Below, in pieces: positions 11,001 to 20,816 of a stretch of DNA of 64,000 nt. A model generated the notes under the pieces. The model searched no databases. It worked only from the letters and a program-made list of their open reading frames with translations, and was not told the origin of the DNA. Source of the stretch: an uncultured Verrucomicrobiales bacterium (GTDB taxonomy: Bacteria; Verrucomicrobiota; Verrucomicrobiia; Verrucomicrobiales; DEV007); contig CALKOM010000084.1 of assembly GCA_938091905.1 (NCBI GenBank), forward strand, positions 15,191 through 79,190, read 5' to 3'. The translations under genes were made by a program, and so were the position numbers. Positions within the stretch are counted from its first letter, which is position 1; every line of letters begins with the position of its first letter.

Positions 11001-11709
11001 ATTGCTCTTTCCAGGCCGTCGTCTCACTCAGCGCCGCCATGGTGACATCGCTAAAGAGCGGCTTGGTTTCTGTCGCGTGCACTTCTTCGAACTCTGCCAG
11101 CACAAGGCTATCCATGTGCCATGCGCTGCTTGCATCATTGCGAGACCAATTGATCTTCCAAGTAATATTCTGTTGCACAAATCCTTGGTCACGGGCGGCC
11201 CCAGTCACATCGACATACACTCCTGAGATCCCGCGATTGCCCTCCATGACGACACGAAAGATCTTGGTGTGAATGTCCAGTGGCTCTTTAGGATCGAACG
11301 GCTGAAACCATCCTTCGACCGCCTTCTTCAAGTCCGTCTCGGAAGCCTCCTGACTGATCGCTCCTTGAGGTCGGCGCACGACGAAACCTCCGGCCAGTCG
11401 CATTTCTGTGAGACTCGAAGGTCGCATCTCTGCCACCCCAATCTTGGGGCTGATCTCTTTGACAATCTCTGCATCCCACGAACGCTCTGCCAATGGAGCC
11501 ACCCAATAGTTGACCAGCGGCTTGATCGCATCGTGAAAGACTTCGCTCTCCCAGCCATCGGCAGCGGCGTCCACACGGCTAAGCTCATCCGCCAAAAATC
11601 CGTCCTTGGAGGCCTCCACTGTACCTGGCACTTCCGCTGCTGGCGGCGCTGCCGTTACCGGGCTGAAGACAAGGAGGACGGGGGCTCCGAACAAAACAAA
11701 GAGCTTCAT
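8029..11709 (-). CDS. secreted FG-GAP/CRTAC1-like + ASPIC-UnbV + thioredoxin-like + TPR protein with in-frame TGA at 9928-9930 (candidate selenocysteine)
   Basis: ORFs 9928..11754 and 8029..9921 share one frame, joined as GFITGPEEDDL*SFMWRRVVSQSP; DxNxDG repeats continue on both sides; NRDAIGAR...HFGLG (UnbV), WCQPC, TPRs. Confidence 0.7.
9888..9936 (-). promoter_or_regulatory. putative bacterial SECIS hairpin
   Basis: Upper stem GCGGCGC/GUGUCGC with a G-first GUG loop 18 nt after the UGA; possible lower stem GAUUU-GUGA / UCAC-C-GGAUC (folded by eye). Confidence 0.5.
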
Positions 11710-11795
11710 GATGACCAAAGTCCATCCGAATTCAGCCAAGGTGTCAAATACCACACAAGGATTGTCGATTCCTTGAGATGGAGTAGACTTGAACC

Positions 11796-13514
11796 GTGAA
11801 ACCCGTTGTCCATCTAGTGCTTCTAGTCCTCGCCTTCTTAGGTGGAATGGCCCTGGAGCGGCGCATCAAGACAACGGCAGCGGCCGAGCATGAAGGCCCA
11901 ATCGAGGTCGCGGCTCCGGGCCTCGACCTCGAAAGAGGAAGATCAGGGGAGGACGAAAACGAATCGGATAGCAACGAGCACACGCCAAACATCGATGTTC
12001 AGAGCACGCCTACGCTAGCCTTCTTGCTTTCGTTATCAGAGCAACGCGACAAGCATCGTGCCCTCGACAACGTGCCGCCTGGCAAGCTCGTCGCCATGCT
12101 AGATGAGTTACGAAATTCCAACGACCAAAGTCCCGAAGCACGAGTGCTGAAACGCGTTCTCTATGATCGCTGGGCAAACGATCAGCCTCTCGCTGCCCTC
12201 GAGCATGCCATGACTTACGAGACGAATCCACGACTCAAAGAGCAAGTCATTCACCATGCTTTCGCGAGACTCGCGGAGCGAGACGTTGCTAGCGCCTTGG
12301 ACGCCTACAGCGGTTTGGAGACTCGTCGCCAACGTGAAGAGGCCATCAGCGCAATGACCCACCACACGACTTTGGATGGCCTGCCATTCCTCGCAGACTT
12401 TTTTATGAATGACACTCAGAACGCCCCCATCGAAGCCCTCTTCAGAGTGTGGGCGGAAAGAGATCCGGGCGGCGAGGGTATCCTGGACTTGGCCGCGACA
12501 GGAGGCACACGCGCGGTTCATGCTGCCTTGGAAGGTATGGCGATGAGCGACCCAATCAGCGCTCTTCCCATGGCGAATCAGCTTGGTCCCGAAGGAATCC
12601 GAGTAGCGCTCGATGCCATTGCCCATTCTGATCCGAGACTTGCTGCTGCAGCGTTCGACGCTGTAACGACAGACGAACTTCCTCTAGGTCGTCAGCGCAA
12701 CGATCTTGCTAGACAGATTGCCCACCGAATGGCCCAAGAGGACATTCAAAGTGCCTTGGCCTGGACAGACACCTTGGATCCCGTAGCCAGGCGTGAAGCG
12801 CTCCGGGAGGTTTCCCAGGAGTGGGCCCGACAGGACCCTAAAAGTGCCGCCGAGTATGCCCTCACCCTATCAGACCCTCGTCAGCAACGTGATGCGGTCT
12901 CAGAGGCTACTCATCACTGGGCTCGTGATAATCCTGGTGCCGCGTTAGAATGGGCCAATAACTTGGAAGGCGACACGAGCCTTGCCGCCATGCGCGGTGT
13001 GATCGGCACCATTGCTGACAATGATCCCCAAGCAGCGGCCAACATGATCGGTCAGATGGATTTCTCAACGGCCCCCGCAGACGCCTACAGTGACATGGCG
13101 GGGGATCTCGCCTCTCATTGGAGTCGGTTCGACCCAGAGGCTGCAGCGAACTGGGCGCAGACCTTGCCTGAAGAGAACGAAGCCCAACACCACGCTTTTG
13201 AACGCGTGGCCGATCATTGGGTCGAGCAAGATAGCTTAGGAGCCTCCGAATGGGTTGGCAGTCTTCCTGAAGGTGAACTTCGCGATATCGCCGCGCGGCG
13301 ATTGGTCGAACACATCGCTCCCAGCGATCCAGACACTGCTTACCAATGGGCACTCAGCTTGAGCGATCTCGGTCACCAGACGGAGATGCTGCATGAAGTC
13401 TTCGAACAATGGCAGGAACGCGATCCGCAGAGTGCCGAAGCGACCCTAAACGCGGCCCCTATTTCTAATGAACAACGCCAGGAAATCGGAGAGCTCTTTA
13501 GAAACGATCCCTAG
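11796..13514 (+). CDS. membrane-anchored helical-repeat hypothetical protein
   Basis: N-terminal TM; regular repeats WARQDPKSAAEY, WARDNPGAALEW, WSRFDPEAAANW, WVEQDSLGASEW. Confidence 0.8.
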   Translation: MKPVVHLVLLVLAFLGGMALERRIKTTAAAEHEGPIEVAAPGLDLERGRSGEDENESDSNEHTPNIDVQSTPTLAFLLSLSEQRDKHRALDNVPPGKLVAMLDELRNSNDQSPEARVLKRVLYDRWANDQPLAALEHAMTYETNPRLKEQVIHHAFARLAERDVASALDAYSGLETRRQREEAISAMTHHTTLDGLPFLADFFMNDTQNAPIEALFRVWAERDPGGEGILDLAATGGTRAVHAALEGMAMSDPISALPMANQLGPEGIRVALDAIAHSDPRLAAAAFDAVTTDELPLGRQRNDLARQIAHRMAQEDIQSALAWTDTLDPVARREALREVSQEWARQDPKSAAEYALTLSDPRQQRDAVSEATHHWARDNPGAALEWANNLEGDTSLAAMRGVIGTIADNDPQAAANMIGQMDFSTAPADAYSDMAGDLASHWSRFDPEAAANWAQTLPEENEAQHHAFERVADHWVEQDSLGASEWVGSLPEGELRDIAARRLVEHIAPSDPDTAYQWALSLSDLGHQTEMLHEVFEQWQERDPQSAEATLNAAPISNEQRQEIGELFRNDP

Positions 13515-13602
13515 CAATGGCGCTACTACCTAGTCTTAATGTCGCTCCGGCTTCCAGCCGGAGTCTTGGGCTGGATGCCCAAGCGACCCAACAGAATGGC
13601 TG

Positions 13603-14262
13603 ATGCTCTGGTGTTTGCATGGAGCGTTAGGGTCTTACCGCGATTGGGAATCGATCTTTCCAGGCGCACGCCACGTCGATCTCTGGTCGACTAAGCCAGG
13701 AACGGACTTGGCAAACTGGGCCAACCAGTGGGTCACCACCGTGGCAGAGGAAGATCCCCATCCGCAACTCGTGGGTTACTCCATGGGCGGCAGGCTTGCG
13801 CTGCATGCCTTACTCGCAGCACCAACACTTTGGGAAAGCGCCACCATTGTGTCTGCACATCCAGGCTTGCGCTCTGGTCGTGCCGAACGACGTGTTCGTG
13901 ATAAAGCTTGGTTAGCCCGCTTTCAACGGGAACCGTTCCAAAACGTGATGCGCGATTGGAATGCGCAATCCGTCTTCAGCAAGGAATCTGGTCTCCCGAA
14001 ACCCAAGCAATTTGAGCCGAGGATGGCGCGTTGCTTCCAACAATGGTCTCTTGGAAACCAAGAACCACTCTGGGAACAGTTAGATAACATTACTTGCCCT
14101 GTGCAGTGGATCTGTGGCGAGTTGGATACCAAATTTAGCCAACTCGGTCGCGATGCGGTCGCGATGCTGCCGCAGGCCACGTATCTGAGTACGCCGTCCT
14201 GTGGGCATCGCGTTCCTTGGGAATGGAGCGACTTCGCATCACATCTTGCACTCTCAATGTAG
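13603..14262 (+). CDS. menH: alpha/beta hydrolase, MenH (SHCHC synthase)-like
   Basis: LHGALG, GYSMGGRLAL, SAHPGL, GELDTKF and GHRVPW motifs. Confidence 0.65.
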   Translation: MLWCLHGALGSYRDWESIFPGARHVDLWSTKPGTDLANWANQWVTTVAEEDPHPQLVGYSMGGRLALHALLAAPTLWESATIVSAHPGLRSGRAERRVRDKAWLARFQREPFQNVMRDWNAQSVFSKESGLPKPKQFEPRMARCFQQWSLGNQEPLWEQLDNITCPVQWICGELDTKFSQLGRDAVAMLPQATYLSTPSCGHRVPWEWSDFASHLALSM

Positions 14263-15920
14263 CGCCTTGAGTTCGGACCCTGTTCCCATGATAACCGCAC
14301 TCTTGCGCAAGTGATAGTCGCGTCCAGCAAATTGCAAGGCGTAGGTCATGGCATCCGCAAGAGAAACATTGGTGAGGTCTAAATCGATTTTCGGAGCACT
14401 ACTGAGTCGTGCGTCGAGTTGCCGTTGCTCAAGATTGTCGAGGGCCGCGAGTTGACGACCATAGTCTCTGCGCCAAGCATCGTACTCAGCCATCTTTCTC
14501 CGCTAGTCCATCAGTGAGTCTTGCTTGCTCTCCCGGATAGCCTGCGCAAGAGCGAGTTCGTGCTCAGCCATATCAAGCTTCGTCCTAAGGGTCATCCGCA
14601 TCCTTTTTACCTCTTCAGCAATCCTCTTTGGCTGAATCTCGACCTGGCGCTCCGCCTTCACAACCTTAAGGGAGGCCTCGGTCAAACCAGAAAAGCCTGG
14701 AGGCCTTCTAGCTCCGCCTCTGCCCGAACGTAATCTTTAACTGCTGAATCGAAAAACGGATAGGAAGGCAACTCGGTCCCATAAAACCGAATCAGCCCAG
14801 CACCGTCCAGACCCGAGAATTTCTCGATCGCGTCTTTGACACTTGCTGACTTCAGTTCCACCGCGTCTAGGGCCTCTGCGTCTAGTTTCTCTTGCAGATC
14901 AGGATCAGAGACTTCGTACGCGATCGTCGGTGTACGCCAGCCAAGTTTGGCAAGCGTCAGATAAAAAGCGGTGACGAGGACAACACGGCTAGCATTCGGG
15001 CGTTTCCACGGTTTCGTTTTCATGGTCGGTGCGAGAATGTTGGTGAGACGTTGTTTCAAGGCGTTCTGGCGAGTAGGAACCACAGCAAGAGCCAGCGGAC
15101 AAAACAGAGATCGGTGCGTGTGTTTGGCCGCCTGCAGTAAGAATTCCGCATAGGAAACGGCGGATTTTTCGCGTTCAATACAGCTTCATCACAGGACTTC
15201 TCCTGAGCGAGGCGCAAGCGCCTCATGGCCAGCCAGGCTAGCGGATTTACCCAATGCAAGCAGAGCGCCACTTGAGCTAGAGCGAGCCATCGCTGATCAT
15301 TCTACGCAAGGCGTTGACACTCGTGCTGGAGGGGAAAGGAGCGCTCTGCTTCGGGGTAATTCTCATAAGCCTCTGGGATCATAATGACAGGACGAATAAG
15401 CCCCCTGGTCATGGGCACTCGCACTCGCACTCGCACTCGCACTCGCCGCAAAATACGTAAGGAAACTGGACAAGTCTTTGATAGAGATTCTTGCCACCTT
15501 AACGGAGCTTCACGGCTACTTCTTCGCAGACGATGCAAGAGAATCTGGCTAACAAACAGGCGGAGAAGAAGCAAGCTAGCTACAGCTATCCAAGCCTGCA
15601 TAAGAATCTCCCCAAATGACCGTTTAGGCGAGACAACCTGCAGAGGCACGTCGCAAGAGAGCGGCGCTGCAACAGTCTATGGAAACAATTCCGGTTCCAT
15701 CACGGGAGGGCCGACGAAATCTCTAACAACCGGTGCATGCACCGACTATTTGGGCAACACAAGTGTGGCCAACGGCAAGAGAACAAGCGCTAGCCACACT
15801 CCGCACCAAAATCTCCACAAATATTCCGAAGTCTTTCGCCGCAGGCAAATACTGAGAAGAAAGGCGACCACCAAGACAAGCAGCTCCTAACAGAGAAACT
15901 AATCAAGTAGTTCGATCGTC
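14254..15920 (-). pseudogene. BlaR1/M56 family metallopeptidase-sensor, fragmented
   Basis: Fragments in different frames: PMTRGLIRPVIMIP..LQHE and HWVNPLAWLAMRRLRLAQEKSCDEAV; multiple stops and frameshifts; downstream of a blaI-like gene; outer boundaries approximate. Confidence 0.8.
15415..15444 (+). repeat. hexanucleotide tandem repeat (GCACTC)5
   Basis: Read directly; gives RVRVRVRVRV in the M56 fragment. Confidence 0.95.
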
Positions 15921-15978
15921 GCCTCTTAGATTGGCGTTGGCGGGCATCGTTCAAAAGAGCGGAGAGTTCGTCCCATTC

Positions 15979-16305
15979 CTAGTCGCTCATCTGGGTATCG
16001 CGCAATTGTAATAGCCCGCTGACGGTTTGCGTAACCGAGCCTTCGTAGAAGACATCGACCATGCGTTTCATGGCCGTGCGCGCCATCGATTTCCGCGATC
16101 TCACCGGTCGATAGACAAAGCGGCGCCCATCCTCGTGGTGCTGAACCTCTCCCTTCGTCTCTAAAATACGCAGCATCGTCCGAACCGTCGCATTAGCGAG
16201 CGGATCCGGCAGCGCGTCCTGGATCCCGCGGGCAGTCGCTTCACCCAGAATGAGGAGGGCATCCATGATCTGGCGTTCGCGCGGACTGAGGTGGTCCGTT
16301 TCCAT
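15979..16305 (-). CDS. BlaI/MecI/CopY family repressor, probably truncated by a premature TAG
   Basis: LSPRERQIMDAL..ATVRTMLRILETKG..FYEGS; after the TAG the frame continues EWDELSALLNDAR, resembling the usual C-terminal helix. Confidence 0.85.
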   Translation of the reverse strand: METDHLSPRERQIMDALLILGEATARGIQDALPDPLANATVRTMLRILETKGEVQHHEDGRRFVYRPVRSRKSMARTAMKRMVDVFYEGSVTQTVSGLLQLRDTQMSD

Positions 16306-16310
16306 AAGAG

Positions 16311-16369
16311 TTGAAATATTAACACAACTCATCGCCAAGGTAAGCACTGCTTATTAAGATTTTAACACA
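16311..16369. promoter_or_regulatory. two near-palindromic 16-bp boxes, candidate BlaI-family operators
   Basis: TTGAAATATTAACACA (16311-16326) and TTAAGATTTTAACACA (16354-16369), 13/16 identical, just upstream of blaI. Confidence 0.55.
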
Positions 16370-16431
16370 TTGAGTCACCAACTGTAATTTCACTTGGCTT
16401 GACGCTTGGCCTGCTTACGCTTCCCACCATC

Positions 16432-16893
16432 ATGAATCTTCGATCTATCCTCTGTTCCTTCGCCATCACCGCAGCCCTAACCTCGGCAGCTTTCGCACAT
16501 TGTCAGATTCCTTGTGGGATTTATGACGACGCCGCACGTTTTAAAGCTCTGGCCGAGCACATCACGACCATTGAGAAGAGCATCAATGAAATCACGGCGC
16601 TTTCAGCAAAGGAAAAGCTCACGCCACAAGAGCAAAATCAGCTTGTCCGTTGGGTAGCCAACAAAGAGCACCACGCCGATGACTTTGCTGAGATTGTGAC
16701 CAAATACTTTCTTCAGCAACGCATCAAGCCTGCGAAAGATGCGAGTGGCGAAGCTGCCGTGGCCGTTCATTTGACCCTCTTGCACAAACTCCTCGTTGGT
16801 GCCATGAAGTGCAAACAGAACGCGGATGTGACGACGACAGCAGGATTGAAGACGACATTGACTGCGTTCGAGAAGGCTTACAACGCTAAGTAA
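16432..16893 (+). CDS. sodN: nickel superoxide dismutase with signal-peptide-like leader
   Basis: Ni-hook HCQIPCGIYD directly after ...TSAAFA; RWV.NKEHHA and KYFLQQRIKP. Confidence 0.92.
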   Translation: MNLRSILCSFAITAALTSAAFAHCQIPCGIYDDAARFKALAEHITTIEKSINEITALSAKEKLTPQEQNQLVRWVANKEHHADDFAEIVTKYFLQQRIKPAKDASGEAAVAVHLTLLHKLLVGAMKCKQNADVTTTAGLKTTLTAFEKAYNAK

Positions 16894-16917
16894 GTTACCG
16901 CTTTCACCAAGCTTTCG

Positions 16918-16958
16918 ACGCCGCATTGGGATTCAGAATCCCAGTGCGGCGTTTTTTT
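16918..16958 (+). terminator. rho-independent terminator after sodN
   Basis: acgccgcattgggatt / aatcccagtgcggcgt stem followed by a T-tract. Confidence 0.85.
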
Positions 16959-17007
16959 AGGAAGGAACCGCAAACTCCATACGTATACATAGTTTGCCTC
17001 CGTCTCT

Positions 17008-17553
17008 ATGTGGAACCTCTTAACCAAGCGCTGCTACCTCCGTGACTATGATGACGACGACCGCGAGGCCTTCGTCCGGATCAATACTGACCCCTTAGCA
17101 CGCAAACATCTGAACGGTCCGCTGACCACGCGCGAAGCGCACGAGATGTTCGAGGAAACTTTAGCAGAAACTGATCCTTGTCAGGGGGTTCGCTTGGCCG
17201 TCTTCGATCGAAAGTCGAACGAGTATCTCGGTCATGTCTTTCTGGTGCCCTGGGATGATTGCAAAGACGATATGGAGTGGGGTATTCTGATCAGGCCAGA
17301 GCATTGGGGACGTGGCTTGGGCGCTGAAGCCGGCCGTGCCGCTTTGGATGAGAGCGTGCGTCGCTTCGGACTTAAGCGTGTGTTAGCCACCATCGATAGT
17401 GAGGACATGGCCTCTGCACGCTTGTTAAGAAGGCTGGGGTTCACCCCAGTGGGACGCGGCCAGGATGATCAGGGGGTTTACGATGTCCTCGCCCTGGATG
17501 CTCAAACAACTTCACCACAAGAGGAGCCTCCCCTTCCAGCGAGAGCCTCCTAG
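17008..17553 (+). CDS. GNAT N-acetyltransferase (RimJ/RimL type)
   Basis: TKRCYLR; PEHWGRGLGAEA; ASARLLRRLGF. Confidence 0.85.
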   Translation: MWNLLTKRCYLRDYDDDDREAFVRINTDPLARKHLNGPLTTREAHEMFEETLAETDPCQGVRLAVFDRKSNEYLGHVFLVPWDDCKDDMEWGILIRPEHWGRGLGAEAGRAALDESVRRFGLKRVLATIDSEDMASARLLRRLGFTPVGRGQDDQGVYDVLALDAQTTSPQEEPPLPARAS

Positions 17554-17557
17554 CAAA

Positions 17558-17968
17558 CTAGCTTTCCCTGTCACCTGCTGAGCTTGTCGGCAGGAACGGC
17601 TTCACAAAGGCCTCGTCGAAATCATAGTGCCCGACAAAGTCCGCTCGGGTGTCTTCCTCAGTTTTCCCAAAGACACGAGCCTCGATGAGATTAAAGACGA
17701 TTTCACCGAAGTCCGCGCAGGAACTGATCCCCCAGTCATCGAAGACGGTCATCACCATGGGCCCAAACTCTTTCAGCGCGTACGCACGAACACCTTCGAC
17801 GAGCTCTTTCCCACTCACGTGGCGATCCTCAATCTCCCCTCCCTCGCGCACTTGACGCAGGGTATGATCCAGGGCGTCTCGCATGAAATGGTAAGCCCCG
17901 GTTTTGTAGCGTTTGTCCTGTTCCACCAAACGGCTAATGGCCTGATCGAAGTCAATCTTCTTCTGCAT
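17558..17968 (-). CDS. Minf_1886-like conserved PVC protein
   Basis: D.RY..GAY.FMRDALD; RHVSGKEL; FGPM..VF..WGI...DFGEIVFNLI..FGKT. Confidence 0.8.
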   Translation of the reverse strand: MQKKIDFDQAISRLVEQDKRYKTGAYHFMRDALDHTLRQVREGGEIEDRHVSGKELVEGVRAYALKEFGPMVMTVFDDWGISSCADFGEIVFNLIEARVFGKTEEDTRADFVGHYDFDEAFVKPFLPTSSAGDRES

Positions 17969-18140
17969 GGTCCGGTAGGGGCAATGTCGACTTAGGGCTA
18001 GATTCTGCGGGCTCTGATGTGGGATGATATCGCCGGTAGCGAGCGATGGATCCGACAACAAGGAATGCTAGAACAAGTAGCAGCAGGGCGTGCTCCTGCA
18101 AGGTCAATTGGCTCGTTTTCCGATGGGGAGACTGCGCCAT
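17952..18140 (-). CDS. small single-TM hypothetical protein
   Basis: LTLQEHALLLLVLAFLVVGSIARYRR; tightly packed between same-strand genes. Confidence 0.55.
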   Translation of the reverse strand: MAQSPHRKTSQLTLQEHALLLLVLAFLVVGSIARYRRYHPTSEPAESSPKSTLPLPDHAEED

Positions 18141-18150
18141 ATCACAAAAG

Positions 18151-19623
18151 CTACCGCGCTAATTCAAAGTACTCCTCTGCCTCGTCTAGATAGCGGGAAA
18201 TGGGATCACTCTCGGGAAGCTCCTGGTTTCGGATCGCCTTGCGACCCTCCATGTAATTGTCGAAGACACCACTACTCCCACGTTTCCGAGCTAGCACAGC
18301 AGTGTCGATGAAGGCATCCACATTGGCCATTAGTTCAGTTAAGCTCTCTCGTTCCTTCTGAAGCTGGGTCAGCCGCTGCGTAATCTTGTCAGGTTTTCCC
18401 GCATTCAAATCGGCCACTATCAGGTGGTACTCCTTAATCAGCGGCCGATAGAGAGGAAAGGAGCGCATGTCCAATTCGAGCAGCCGTTTCTGAACCGGTA
18501 AGAGGATCTCCACCCGATCCTCTCTGGCCAAGAAACGCTCATAATCCAACAAGGTGCCTTCGAACGAGCGAGTCGCTCGATTCTCCGGCGGCGTACTCTT
18601 CACGGATTCGGCGTCGATCTTGAAGTCAGCGTTGGCCTTGAAGAGCCCTCCAAAGAGAACGCCTTTCTTAGGAGCCTCGTCCTCACTCTCCGCCGACTCT
18701 GGCATAAACTCCAGGAACCGGACTTCAATCGCATCCACAAGTCTCGCCTCAGTCTCGACCGGCGTTAAGAATTCCGTCGCTTGAGGTTCACTGAGTTTCG
18801 CGCAGTAAAGAATCCACGTTTGCTCCAGCCGATCTGCGGTCCCAATAAGTGAGGAGTAGAAACGTGCGAGCAAGTTATGCCCCTTCTTACCATGGGCACC
18901 ACCGTAGGCATGTAAGAGCTTACCAAAGCTCAAGGCACCATCTTTCTGATCGAGTAGCATTAGCACGAAACCGGCAGCTGAGGCCTCATACACCGTCCGC
19001 GCAACGGAATCTGTGTCCTCGTCTTCTGCCGACAGAATTTCTGCAGCAGGCGTCACCAAGTTGAGTCTGAACATCGTTCGGAAAAAACTGCTTTGACGAC
19101 CCGTGCGCCGCAACTCTAGAGCACGTGGCAAGCCGATTCGCACCCAGCGGGGAATCAACGTCTTTGTCACCTCAACCTCGATATCTCGCAACGCGATCTC
19201 GTACATAAGCACATGTAAGAGCATCGCACTCATTTCCTCACGGCTGAATGATGAACCTAACTGAACTCGAATCTCGAGTTCCCTATGACCCTGCTCCTGA
19301 AACAAATTCACCCGCCAACGAACCGATTTCGAGACTGTCGGATCGGTTAGCTTTCCCGAAATTCTAAGGAGGATCGGAACGTGCCAAGTATCGTCCATGC
19401 TGAGCAGATTCAGCAACTGATCCTTCTGCCGCTCGGCAAAAGATGCGAACGTATTGCGCACTGAGCGATCTTCACAGAAAACGCGGAATTGCTTGCTGGA
19501 GCTAATCGTCAGCGTGTCGTTAGGTGCCTCCAGCGCCAAGGCCTCAGTGACCTGGGCGCTCGCAGGGGAAAGCGAGAGAGCCAGAGTCACCGCGAATAGA
19601 CCTAGAGAACGCGAGGGCAACAT
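18151..19623 (-). CDS. exported hypothetical protein
   Basis: 490-aa ORF with a signal peptide (ASA-Q). Confidence 0.75.
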   Translation of the reverse strand: MLPSRSLGLFAVTLALSLSPASAQVTEALALEAPNDTLTISSSKQFRVFCEDRSVRNTFASFAERQKDQLLNLLSMDDTWHVPILLRISGKLTDPTVSKSVRWRVNLFQEQGHRELEIRVQLGSSFSREEMSAMLLHVLMYEIALRDIEVEVTKTLIPRWVRIGLPRALELRRTGRQSSFFRTMFRLNLVTPAAEILSAEDEDTDSVARTVYEASAAGFVLMLLDQKDGALSFGKLLHAYGGAHGKKGHNLLARFYSSLIGTADRLEQTWILYCAKLSEPQATEFLTPVETEARLVDAIEVRFLEFMPESAESEDEAPKKGVLFGGLFKANADFKIDAESVKSTPPENRATRSFEGTLLDYERFLAREDRVEILLPVQKRLLELDMRSFPLYRPLIKEYHLIVADLNAGKPDKITQRLTQLQKERESLTELMANVDAFIDTAVLARKRGSSGVFDNYMEGRKAIRNQELPESDPISRYLDEAEEYFELAR

Positions 19624-19697
19624 ATGAAGAGATATAGAATTAACGCTCGCATTTGTAAACTGAGAAACGGGATGTAGACGGCACGGTGGTAAAAAGC

Positions 19698-20651
19698 CTA
19701 TATTACGGGCGTAATAGGAGGATTTCCAGCCAAGACACGGGCCACATTCTCGGCAGCAACGTGACGAGCAGCCCCCCTCGCCTCCCGAGCAGCCCCACCC
19801 AAATGAGGAGTTAGGACAACGTTAGTCATAGAGAGCAATTCCGGATGAACAATGGGCTCTTCTTCAAAAACATCGAGACCGGCACCAGCAAGCTGACCAT
19901 CTTGCAAAGCCGCAACCAGCGCGGATTCATCAACAACCTTTCCTCTAGCCACATTGATCAGATAACTGCCACGCTTCATCACACCAAGCCGTTTGGCATC
20001 TAACAAACACCTTGTTGAGGGCGTTAGTGGTGTGTGCAAGCTCAGAACATCGACCGCAGGCAGCAGCTCATTGAGAGATCGGTAGTTCGGATCATCCATA
20101 ACATCCTGACTTCGATTGTAAAGCACCCGCATACCAAATGCCCGCGCACGCTGGGCCACAGCTTGGCCAATCTTTCCGTAGCCAACTAGACCCAACGTTT
20201 TTCCAGAAAGCAAAGGCCCTTCCCATCGGGCCGGGCGCATGCCTTCGGATGCCCAAGCACCTGTCCTCAGAAAACGATCGCCTTCCGAAACGCGTCGAGT
20301 CACATCTAATAATAGCGCTATAGCAGCATCTGCAGTCGACTCAGTGAAAGCATCAGGGGCATTCGTTGCCCACACCTTGCGAGCCGCCATTGCTTGCAGA
20401 TCGAAGTTATCTGTTCCGATGGCAACGTTCGCTACCACCTTGAGATTTGGCGCGTGGTCTAGCAATTCCGTATCGACCCTGAGTTCTCCTTGGTTGATGA
20501 TGGCAATGGCGTCTTGCGCATGCGCTAGCACCTCTTTGCGTGGCATGAGCGCTAGTGAATCCGAGGCAAAGACCCAAGGTTGCGAAGCGTCCTTCAACGC
20601 AGGAAAGTGCCCCTTTGGAGCCTGGTTGGTCACAAGAATCGTGGCTGACAT
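19698..20651 (-). CDS. D-2-hydroxyacid dehydrogenase (glyoxylate/hydroxypyruvate reductase-like)
   Basis: GLVGYGKIG, INVARG, GLDVFEEEP and TPHLG motifs. Confidence 0.9.
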   Translation of the reverse strand: MSATILVTNQAPKGHFPALKDASQPWVFASDSLALMPRKEVLAHAQDAIAIINQGELRVDTELLDHAPNLKVVANVAIGTDNFDLQAMAARKVWATNAPDAFTESTADAAIALLLDVTRRVSEGDRFLRTGAWASEGMRPARWEGPLLSGKTLGLVGYGKIGQAVAQRARAFGMRVLYNRSQDVMDDPNYRSLNELLPAVDVLSLHTPLTPSTRCLLDAKRLGVMKRGSYLINVARGKVVDESALVAALQDGQLAGAGLDVFEEEPIVHPELLSMTNVVLTPHLGGAAREARGAARHVAAENVARVLAGNPPITPVI

Positions 20652-20816
20652 GTTGAGGCTTCTAACTTCGAAAAGTGACCTCGTCGAGCTTCCTAACCGA
20701 TTAGAAATCCTCGTTCCCCCCTAAAAAGTAAGGGTTTTCTTAAAAAAGAGCTTGTTGAAGTGCAGAAGATTGGGCATGGGAGAACCGCTTTCTATAAGTA
20801 AACCAATTCATACATC

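Noticed and set aside
14494..14505. In-frame TAG between ORFs 14503..14685 and 14254..14493
   Set aside because: Lies in a multiply disrupted pseudogene, so ordinary decay explains it
15979..15981. In-frame TAG in blaI as pyrrolysine or programmed readthrough
   Set aside because: A single change from GAG explains it, the partner gene is fragmented, and no pyl genes are visible
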